Assembly: GCA_973895155.1 (NCBI GenBank)
Contig: OZ316897.1
Coordinates: forward strand, 7,430,470-7,494,469
Origin: Marsupella aquatica
Taxonomy: Eukaryota; Plantae; Marchantiophyta
Direction: 5' to 3'
Length of the DNA: 64,000 nt
The position numbers and the translations under genes were made by a program. Below the pieces are notes generated by a model. It saw nothing but the letters and a program-made list of their open reading frames with translations. It had not been told where the DNA came from and made no database searches. Positions within the stretch are counted from its first letter, which is position 1, and every line of letters starts with the position of its first letter. Of this stretch, positions 1 to 10,138 are shown one piece after another.

Positions 1-37
1 GAAATACTTCAAACGAAACAATGACATCATAACTTAC

Positions 38-2216
38 CGGAAGTGTGGCACGGCACTTGTCGTTGGGATTTTGGATCCAGGGGAGCTTGGAATAACCGGC
101 AGGACCAGCTAGAGGTTGCCCAGACCCCACACACAGAGTCTGCCCTTCCTTCATCAGGATCAAACACTCCTGTTGTAGTTTACTGTTGCAGTCGGGACAG
201 CAATCGTGCTTCTTTAGTCTATTTTGAATCGGGCCCAACTTCAAGCCGCCTGTCTGACTTAAGAAGGAAATATCCGCATTCATGATGTTGTAGTGGCTGC
301 CGAGTCTACGTTGATATGCGTCAGCACACATGCCCACCATACACATATTAGAGAAACTATGACATTTCAAGCTAACGAAAGCATATCAGGGGGTCCTGAT
401 GTACATAGCCTTGCGGTTCGAAGGACAACAAATGGATCCATCCAAACGGAAGTATCCGAATCTACATAATTAGCATACAGGAATGCTACAACGTTCTTGC
501 GGAACGTCGACCTTACAGACAGCTGGCCGGTTGGTCGCAGGAATACCGCGTCCTTCTACTTGATCTGGTTGAGACAGCGCTCAACGGAAAGTAACACATA
601 AATAGTAAATAGTCCGAGAGCTTCGCAGAGACGATATCAAGGGTTCTAGCCTTCCATCTCGAATCGACGCAAAACTAGAGGCGCTCTCCGTAAGAGCAGA
701 GTAAAACCTGAAGCGGAATGGCTATGGTACAAGCGGGGGACAGAGAGAGCAAGACAAACTGTAATGATCGGACGTCTGCTGTATCCTCCAATGACCCCCA
801 CGCCATGGACGCACAAAACTGTAGAGGGAGCATGCTTGGGAAAATGAGACAGAGAGTGTGAACCAACCTGGGCTGGATTCCAGAACCGGGACTGTCTGGG
901 GTCAGGAGAACGGGATGGAGTCCCAAACTGTCCAGCAGAATGTGCTTATTAGCTCGCCAGCGTTCCATCGTCTTGGGGGAAACAGAAGCCAGCAACCAAA
1001 GACGATTGTGCTCGTTCAAGTTCAGCAGCTGCTGCAGCTCCTGGAGTAAACGACACGCCATACTATGAGAAGGGTCAAGCAGCCACTGCAAGTCCCCCAC
1101 CGATAGGATGGCACCTCCGGTTAGCATACACCCATCCACGTCCCGCTTCAGCTTTGCTAGCTTCTGCTCGAAAACCTCCTGACTCAAGATTCCCACAGAA
1201 AGAGACGTGAACGGCAGATCGAGACGCTGAACCCCACGTAAGGATCGAAACTCTCCTCTCGCCAGCCGCTGAGACAACTCCTTCAGTACTAAATTAGGCC
1301 CCGACTCACTGACTATAACAGCGTTCCTCTTCTTAGGGCCAGCGACGAATGTCTCTACAATGTTGCGTATGTCTGCGTCGTGAAGATGGGTCAAAGTGGA
1401 TCGACCAAGCATCCGAGAGGCCTGCTCTGGTCTATTCTGATCAAAATGGGATGGTAAGTTAAGCGGGGCCGTGGCAAAGTAGGGGCTTTCCGTCTCAACG
1501 AGCACATCCCTACCATTGCTAGCGCCGCTCATTCTTCCTCTGTCCAGCAACTTCACATGATTCATGGACGGGTCACCTGCTGAGAATGGGCCAGGAAAGA
1601 TAGAGTTTCGGAATTGTACACTGCTGAAATGGGCATTCGAGAGTTGCATACGCCTCAGGCCAGAATTGTCAAAAGTAGGAGGACCAACAGGACCCGCAAT
1701 TGCAGCTTTGGCCACTGCCTCCTCCATAATGTTCTTCACAGCTGTGCTCGAAAAGCCTGCCTCCCGAAACACTCGGCTCACGCTCGGATCATCCAAAATG
1801 GAAATGGTGAGATGGGCGATCCCAGTCTTCACAGCCAGTAGAGGTTGTAAGCTCTGCTCTGGGGTGCCTCTCCGTTCATTGGCATGAGCTCGCTTCAGAG
1901 CCGCGCCAAGAGCATTGTTCATGGCTTGATCCTTGCTTTTCTCCGGATCAGTGGTCATCGGCAACCTGTCTAAAGCCACTTTGAAGCACAAACCTAAGGC
2001 ATCACATTCCAGAACGTTGGAGCGATCTTCCATGGACTGCATGCACGCCTGGTGCAGAGTCTCGCTACGAGTGACGGGATCCAACAGAGCTGCAGCCACA
2101 TGCAACGGTTGAACCTGCAAATGACCCTTCATTTTGGCGTGTTTAATCGCTGTCATGACAATCTGATATGACTCTGGCGATAAGGTCGTCATCTGCGAAT
2201 TATCTTCTGCTCTCAT
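38..2216 (-). CDS. SMXL: SMAX1-like (SMXL/D53 family, ClpB-related) protein, 5' part: exon 1 2216-868, exon 2 305-38; gene continues past the left edge
   Basis: Starts MRAEDNSQMTTLSPES (family MRAG...QTLTPEA). Double Clp-N motifs GHLQVQPLHVAAALL, ALGLCFKVALDRLP, NALGAALKRAHANERRG, LTISILDDPSVSRVFREAGFSS; D1-region KKRNAVIV, GDLQWL, RLWLL. Phase-2 donor AG|GTTGGT at 868/867; TAG acceptor at 308-306 with upstream GCTGAC. Exon 2 is open in the matching phase and encodes CCPDC and LPWIQ; donor GTAAGT at 37. Confidence 0.93.
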
Positions 2217-3477
2217 CGTGGCAATTGTGTTCTTCTCTCCTGTTTCTGAACCGAGCCTTCCGCAGTGAATCTTTGAAGTTCCCCCCTCTTCAACTAGTAG
2301 AGTAGTATAAGGACAACTATTCCAGCTAATCCACAGCAACTCCAATATCCAAATGTGCACCCTGCGATTCCTCCCACAAACTAAATCTGCAAAAATCAAG
2401 GTCTTGCCAATCCCAAAATTCCTTTGCTGCACACCTCGGAACTAACCTACTAGCCCTGCCCTCCGCAGGCTTCGCTCAGAAATGGCCACTCCGTAGTACG
2501 ACGACTACCACCTCAGAAAGTCCCAATCGTATACACCGATAACCACACACCCTGCCGTGCAATCGCACAGCACCAAACGGATCTGTGAGGTCGTTAAGGA
2601 TCAGGATGGAAGAGTTGGAAAGAGGTAACCCCTTGCCCTCCACCTGCTGTCGCATGCCATTCCTCGGTAGTGAAATTCAGCTTCACCTGACTAACCACCT
2701 TGGATGCCATTCTACCTGGAAACCTGATGTTCGTTTGATTCCTCCCTTCATGCACACCTCACTCTTTTCCTCCCTCTCACCCTGCTGCAGCACACCTAGG
2801 GAGCTTGAAGTGGAGAAGATGACCGCGACACCTCCCTCACTAAGTGAATCCCTTTGCCCTCTCGATGCGAAGGTTTTCCAGAATCCCAGAGGCTGTCGAG
2901 GACCAGGCAAGACCAAAGGTTATGCCCGACTCCTCTCTACTCCGCCATATTCCGACAACACTCGAAGATCTGGAGGATCACCAGCTAGTCAGCCGCTGAT
3001 AATGACAATAACAGAGCTCATTTGACCCTTCCTCACTTTCCAAGCGCGACAACTTGCAAAAATATCGAAGAACATCCCAACATACAGCAATCGCCATCCA
3101 TCTCGATGCTGCTGATTTGCTTCGACCGCTCAATCGACAAATCCACCACTCTCCCCCTTGGGCCCCTACAGACGATAGAAATCTTCCCTCTCGGAGAACG
3201 ACAACTGGATCCCGCAGGATTAGGTCCTGTCCCAAGACCAACCAAGGCCCCAATCTCGAACCTCTGTTCCCTTCCTTTTTGCAATTTCGTCTTTGCCTAC
3301 TTTGCTCGCTCTCTCGCTCCTTGTCCGTCACGTGGCTGCTCTGATCACCTTCTGCGCCTCTTCAGCTCGATCAGCCTCATTGCCTGCTGTGCTTTGCCTC
3401 GCGTACCGTCACGTCAATCACCACCTGCCCCCTCTCCGCTCTCTTACCTTTCTACAGTCCGCTCTCTCTTGCAGGAA

Positions 3478-3670
3478 ATCTGGAAAGCTTTGCCACCTCG
3501 AGTGCTGCTTTCCTTTACTTTCCGTTGCTTTCCCAAGTTGCGAGAGCTGCTTTCCTTATCTGGAAAGCTTCGCTACCTCGAGTGCCTGCTTTCCTTTGCT
3601 TTCCGTTGCTTTCCCGAGTGACGAGAGCTGCTTTCCTTTGCTTTCGCGTCTGCTTTCCTTTGCGCTTCGC
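3478..3670. repeat. ~80-bp tandem duplication built on GCTTTCC subrepeats
   Basis: ATCTGGAAAGCT...CCTCGAGTG...GCTTTCC units start at 3478 and 3558. Confidence 0.85.
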
Positions 3671-4624
3671 TTCAGCTATGGTCACTCGTGGTTGGTGGGC
3701 TCAGAGTCTCGACGGCCGAGCAATGGTTAGCAGGCACACAGGCAGCGCTGGCTCTTGTTACTTTACACGCGGGGAAAGGAGATCTCATCTGGGTTCCGTC
3801 TCGCGTTTCCTCACGTCCATCATTATTGGCTTGTTGCCACTCTCTACCATCCCCCACGACCATATCGGTGGACATTGCTGCTGCTTCAACCATTGCCACC
3901 CATCCATTCACCCTTGTGCCACTTCCCTTCCGGCCCCTCCTCGCTTTCAAAATTTTGCTGTTCGCTCCAGTGTGCAGTCCAACAGTTCTTTGGGCCACAC
4001 ACTCTGGTCCTACTCCCTCTTTCTTGGGTGGGGGCCGCAACTTTCAAACCATGAGACCTCCATCTTATTAGTTAATTGTGCTTAGTTTCGTAGCCTTATT
4101 GTACATCTTCAGCGCAGAGCATCCGGGATCGGGATGACTGGACTGGTAAAAGTTACAGACAATCAAACTTAGTGTGAACGGAGACAAGACTTGTAGTGAA
4201 GAAATATTAACTTTTCATGACGTTAAAAACACGAAAACGGTCGTGTGAAGTCTCATTTGCTTTCGTAGGCCTGACAGTCTCAAGTGCAAACCACCGCAAT
4301 GTGCCCCCCCCAGACCTACTCTTACTCCAAGTTGTGCAGCTTTCTCAAAGGCAGTTTCTTCTCAACACTTTGAAAGAAAGAGCGTGAAACATAGCAGGAT
4401 TTTGCCAGGCCCTCGCATTGCTACTGTAATCTACTTTGCCAGTAACACGACAATCCACCAAACAAAGGAAGTAATTTAACTAGTTCAGCAATAGTGACAA
4501 AACTCCGTAGACAGGCCAATGAACAGGAAATGGCACCTAAGAGTGGGTCTGGTTTTGGTGACAGGATACCTGACTTTCCGGATATTCCAGCAAACAATGA
4601 CACAGAAATGTGCTCTAGAGTAAA

Positions 4625-4731
4625 ACTAGTCTTGTAGAGGAACATGTGCTCCCACTAGTCTTGCGGACGAGCCTCAACAAAAATGTGTGTGCTCCTACTA
4701 GTCTTGTAGAGGAGAGTCAACAAAAATGTGT
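4625..4731. repeat. ~43-bp degenerate tandem repeat
   Basis: TGTGCTCC.ACTAGTCTTG...TCAACAAAAATGTG at 4645 and 4688, with a partial copy at 4625. Confidence 0.75.
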
Positions 4732-6140
4732 GCGTGACTGCGTGCTAACCTTGTGGACCAGGTCTTCCTCCTGGCTAGTGCACAAAGTACTTACACCAAG
4801 TGAGTGGGTCAGTTCTGATAATGAACACATTATTTTAAGATATATGGGATAGGTGGGGAGTGTGATTGCGAAGGTCTGGGACACCTGGGCTTTACAGAAC
4901 CAGAGAGGAGCTAAGAGACTTTGACAGTGTCATACAAAGGTTGCTACAACAGCGTGTGATCAAACCTGAGCCCATGATAGAGCGCACCAGAGTAGAACAA
5001 AAAGTTATGCAACTACGTCAGAAGTTGAGAAAATTGATGTAGGCGCACGAACTATCTGGGATGAGATCTCGTCTTCTTGATGTTTCCGCTCACGAGAATA
5101 TGCTCGAATTCGCAAGACCTCAGCACGAGCATCACGTTTCGAGTATGATGTCAACGAGGGGATTTCTCCAAAGTATAAGCATGGATTTGCTTTTATACAA
5201 AGAAAGTGTCTAATTGCCTTTCGTTGCGAGAACGGATTCGAAGCTACTGTAGGTAGCTTTGGGACGATATATTTCCGTGGAATGGGAGAAAAAACGGAAC
5301 GAGAGCCTTTTCAGAGATAAAGCTTTCCGACCAGATGGATGAACACAACCTCACTTTTCATCTTTAAGCCGGAGAAAACGAAAATAGCAAAGTGACTCCA
5401 ATCTGTAAAGGCACGCCCATTGGGTGTGGTAGTTGTCAAATCTTTGCCACAAAGCGGACACAAGTCTGTGACAGTATTTTATTCCATTGTTTCCTCTTTC
5501 GGTTCTTTTGGGGTCTGCGATTGTCCTCTTCTTTTGGGGTTTGATTTTGTCCTATGTGAATCTTTTTTGAGGTTTCTCCACTTTACTTTGTTTTGCCCTT
5601 TTTTTACATTGGTTCTTTTTCCCTATCAGTGGACAAAAAGCGCAGACAAGAGTGATATTGAATTATCCAAACTTGCGACCATACCCTGCCACCTTATAAG
5701 TAATGGTGATGGTAATTCGAGAGCATGATGTTTTAATGCCAAAGGTGCTCTCTAAGCACACAGCTGTGTTCTGAATTTGGAGTGTTCAGGTTTTGCGTCA
5801 TTTTCTTTTGGGCATAGGCGGGCACAAGCTTTTGTGAATTTAGGCAGAGGAGATGGCAATTTCTCATGGGTTTAGGCAGAGGCCAGAGTTTATGATGTGG
5901 GATGATACTGAAGGATGCAGCAAGTGACAGTTGGGATTGCTAGGATGTGAAGAGCACCAGTCCAGACACCTCATTAGTTTCTTCATCTTTTTTTATAATT
6001 TTTGGAGTATATAATCGACCAAATCGCAGGGAGTGGCAGTTTATGGTATAGCTTCAAGACCCCTTGATTGCTGCAGTTTAGTGCAAAGTGGAGGACAGAG
6101 GCAGTTCACCCCCAGTGGTACTTCCAGTGTTTGTAGGTTG

Positions 6141-6484
6141 TGTTAGATATTGCTCTAGTCTTGTGACTCATGAGCTAACCACAGTTAGTCTAACTCGGGT
6201 TAAGACTTGCTAATGTTAGCGGTAGCGTTGTTGTGTATTAAGCCAAGGCTGATGCTAGACCCTGGGTGGAACTTAGGCTCATTGTTACAGAGCTAGTTGA
6301 GAGATAGGAAGAGCTTGTGCTATGGATGCTTGGTATGGCCTGTCGGCCTAGAGTGCAGTAAAGCTCTTGTGTGTTCTAGTGGACGTAACCTCATGTGGAG
6401 GTGAACCACGTATCACTCTGTGTTGACTCTTGTGCGTTGGATGGTTCATGGGCTAGCAGTTGCGAATGTCATCTATGTTTAACA
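6141..6484 (+). repeat. Copia 5' LTR (344 bp)
   Basis: TGTTAGATATTG...TTTAACA; aligns to 17345-17681 with about 25 substitutions and 2 indels (manual count). Confidence 0.96.
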
Positions 6485-6486
6485 AG

Positions 6487-6498
6487 TGGTATCAGAGC
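6487..6498 (+). other. Primer-binding site (initiator tRNA-Met)
   Basis: TGGTATCAGAGC, 2 nt after the 5' LTR. Confidence 0.95.
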
Positions 6499-7040
6499 GT
6501 GCCTGGGAGGTGATGAGGTTTTTTTTTTTCGTGACAGGTTTTTCTAGCGTTCATTGTCGATGGTACATTCAGAGTTTCATCGCATGAAACTCAAATATGT
6601 GTGGCTGTGCGGATAGGTTAGTGAGAGGGCTTTCTAACAGTGGTTAGAACTCACTGATCGGTATCCGTGGTGCGGAGGAATCAAAGTTTGCGTCGTTCAG
6701 GGTTTATTCGTGTTCGACGGGTTTTCGGGGGAGAGACCTGTGACGGGGTCCCCGTCACTCGAAATCACAAATAATGGGTTGCAGAGGGGTGTGCCTTGTT
6801 AATAGCCACTGTAAATAAGCCATTTTTAAATTTTTTTAGTTAATTCCGTCATTATAGGTTGATGATGCCCCGGGTGACTTTATATTCTTTCTCTCGTAAC
6901 AGTTCTAAGATTTGCAGTGACCTAAGCGGGCAAATATTTTGGGACCTTAAAAAGCGCTAGGCCCAACCCCATAGGACTTACCGTTTTGCTTGAGCTATCG
7001 TTGAGACCCCCTTGTAAAAAGAGGAATAAAAGGGAGCCTT

Positions 7041-7740
7041 GGGGGGGGAATTAAAATCCCCCGTTTGAGGGGCTGCCGCGAGTGGCAAGATTTGCCGGGG
7101 CGCTTAGGCAAGGAAGCAGCCGGGGCGCGAAGGATGGGCGCGGGGAGAAAATGGGAGCCTAAGGGGGGAATTTTAAACCCCCATAAGGATGTCGGGACGA
7201 GCTGCATAGGGCAGCCACAGGGCAAGCCGGTGAGGCTGCGCGCCCTGCATAGGGCCGCATGCAGGAGACGGTGAGTGAGGGGGAGATTTAAATTTCCCCG
7301 GCCATGGGGCGTGAGTGGGTGCTGCCGGGGTGAGCCGGGGCGCAGTGCTGCTCGGGCGAGTGCTGCTGGGGCGCGAGGTGGAGGCGCAAAGCAGGTGGAG
7401 GCGCAAAGCAGCCGGGGTCCAGAAGGAAGGCTGCCAGGGCAGGGACAACGCGCCCTGCATAGGGCTGCGTGTTGAGGATGGGGGGGCTTAAATCCCCCGG
7501 CCTTGGAGGATCCGGGTAAGAGGCCGCGCGTGCAGGTGCCGGCAGGTGGAGGGAGGCTTCGGGAGGCAGGTAGGAGGTAGTGGAAGGGGAAAATTAAGCC
7601 CCGACTTCTGGGAGGCAGGTAGGCGCGAGTAAAGGGGGGTAAATACTCCCTGATCCTCAGGCGAGTAGGACCAGACGGGGAAGGGGCAATATGAGGCACC
7701 TGGCACCCCGAATCACACATAAAAGGGGGCTTACGCCCTT
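7041..7740 (+). promoter_or_regulatory. G-rich GC island with repeated G-run/short core/C-run hairpins; candidate promoter of the nested ORF
   Basis: Hairpin motifs at about 7041, 7163, 7279, 7480, 7586, 7634 and 7725; TATA-like CATAAAAGGGGG near 7718; CT-rich leader then ATG at 8204. Confidence 0.45.
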
Positions 7741-8203
7741 AAGGAAACCACGCCTTTTTTTTCTTTCCCTTGAATTTTTTTTCGCTTCCCTTGAGATGTC
7801 AAAAGCTTCCCTCAAAACTACTTCCTTTGTAAAGTGCATCCTGGTTCTCCAATTTTCCCAGAGTTTTTTTTCTCCAGCTCTTTTCCTAGTTCTTTTCCCG
7901 GAGCCCGGCATTGAGTGGTGTTGGAGGATTGAATGCTTGCTTCAGAAACATTTGTGACGGCAGCATCGGGGTGCCTTGGTGATAGGGGTGGAGCCAATCG
8001 TGACATGGGAGCTGTTCGGGCTAGGGGAAACAAGGATTTGGGGGATAATTGTCGGATAATTGCCGTGTACGTGAGACTTTTTGCGACGGTTTTCTTGGGT
8101 GGTCTGGCTGTGGGCATTTGATCGTGTTACCGAGATTTTTCTTTGGGCCAGAGCGTGAATTGTGATACGAGTGAAGGAAGGAACTCGTGTGAGCCGAATG
8201 TGA

Positions 8204-10138
8204 ATGAGCTCGTCATTGGAAAGACCGAAGTTCAGTAGGGCCCGTATCCGTAGATACAAGGCCGCTTACCGGGACTACGTGGCGTCGCGGATTGTTGAAG
8301 AGAGGGAAGAAAGACATACAGCCATGAGTACCGGACCAGACCCCCGTGATGCATCCGTTGAGAGGAGGGTTTCCCGAAGAGTCTACCCCCGGACTTCTGC
8401 CAAGATGATGGAGGAATGCAAAGAAATTTTTCAGGCCACGGGTCTCACCAATTTCATGCGGGTAGAGATCAGGATTCCCCAAGGTAGGACTTGGAACTTG
8501 GAGGCATGATTAGAGTTCCGTACGGAGGGGATATACTTTCATTGCACACAAAAATTGATTCCCAATACGGAGCTGGCCAAGCTATTGTTCCTGGACAACC
8601 AAGATTTCACTTTTCAGCCAACGGAGCCATCGGGGATACTTACGTTGGAACAGCTGGCTGGAGTTGTGAGAGATCCCACCTCCGTGACCAACATTCCCCT
8701 TTCATCATTCAAGGAACCAGCTTTCAAGGGGTTGGTGGCCAAGATACACCAATGGGTGCTTGGCCGAGGGCAATCTGGAATGGTGAGTGGAGATCAATTG
8801 GCTATTGCCAATGACATCAAAGCTCACCCAAGTCACACTTACGGATGGTAGTACTTTGGGCTGAAGAAAACGTTGGCCATGGATCCTAAAAGTGTGAAGT
8901 CCGGAGGAAGCGTGCATTTGATGGTGTTATTCCTCTTGGCCAGGTCAGAGGGGCTCCTCCCCTCTCCGGAGACTGAAGAAGCGGTGCCACCCTTCACCAC
9001 GGAAATACGGAGTATTGCAACTACCATCTTGGGTAGTCTCGCGAAGGAATCACCGTCTGAACCAACAGCCAAAATCACTACCAAAGAGGACCCGGATGAA
9101 GATAGCACGATGGAGTGGATGGACTCGCTTGTGGGGAATCCGGAGGAGCCCCTTGATTACGATGTGCTCAAGGTATATTTGGCTGAATTACGTGATTTCC
9201 GCAAGGGGGTGCATGAGGGACTGAAGTTGTGCCAAACCTCGAGAGAGGCCCTCAACCAAGCCAACGCCAGGATGGAAACCTTGCAGACAAGCAGCCAGGC
9301 CTTGAAGGAAGTAATAAAGGCTAAGGAGGTGATAATCCAGGAGCAAGGTAAACAACTTACGGAGGCACAGGTTCAGATTTCTCAGTTACACAGAGCCTTG
9401 TCTACCAAGGCTAAGGAAGCATTAGAGGTGGGGGCTTTGAGGGAAGAATTGGCCAAGCTCAAGCAGAGCACCGGTGAGGTGGAGAGACTGAAGCGACAAG
9501 TTGTGGAGTTACGGGGTCAGGTTGGGCTCCTTGAGACCAGGGCCAAGAGAAACGACATGTTGAGGTTGGGGAAGAGGAAAAGCCCATCCTCACCTAGCCC
9601 TACTCTTCCCCCTGACTTGGTCTCTAAGGCTATAGAGATGGTGGTAACAGAGGTGACTCAGAAATACGGGCCCATGTTGGATTCAGCAAGGAAAAATAAG
9701 GAGAAGTGTAAGATATTGGAGAAGAAGTTACGGGAGTCCCGTAAATCATTACGGGAAACCCAAGGGAGTCACGGGGCCACCGTGTCTCTGTCATTACTAA
9801 CGGAAGTCTCACCTAGTCAGGGGATAGCGGGAATGTCGGATATGCCACCCAGGACCGCAAACCCAGGAACCCCTTTGGCTACCGGTCAGGTCTTACCCTT
9901 GGAATTGCGAGGAGGGGAGGAAGCCGCTCTATGGAAGGACACGATCAGCCAGGGCTATGTGAGGGCCTGGCAGGCTTTAGCGGCCTTGAGGAGACGGGGG
10001 ACCTCTGGCCAAACCCCGGGAAGGACTCCCCCGGTACGAAGGATTGGGGTTGTTACACCCACATCATTGGGAGGCACTGGTAGTGAGGATTCTAGGGGGT
10101 GGAGTCCCGGTTCCGTGAGTGAGTCAGGAGAAGACTAG
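8204..10138 (+). pseudogene. Retrotransposon accessory protein (~644 codons, coiled-coil), interrupted by two in-frame stops
   Basis: ORFs 8204-8509, 8555-8851 and 8873-10138 share one frame (offsets 351 and 669), separated only by TGA 8507-8509 and TAG 8849-8851. Long heptad-like E/K/Q/L segment at ~9170-9560; basic LGKRKS motif. Confidence 0.75.

Noticed and set aside
2217-2432. N-terminal extension of the 585-aa SMXL ORF
   Set aside because: Non-ATG start; the family-typical N-terminus begins at ATG 2216.
2585-4085. Many overlapping 100-200-aa ORFs upstream of SMXL
   Set aside because: CT-rich and tandem-repeat DNA with few stop codons; no recognisable motifs.
4754-4775. Partial resemblance to miR166 (GGACCAGG); also a miR535-like TGACAACGAGA at ~18028
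   Set aside because: Only 8-11-nt matches and no supporting hairpin seen.
6995-7720. 241-aa minus-strand Pro/Ala/Arg-rich ORF (and similar ORFs at 11727-12333)
   Set aside because: Expected by-product of GC islands; low complexity.
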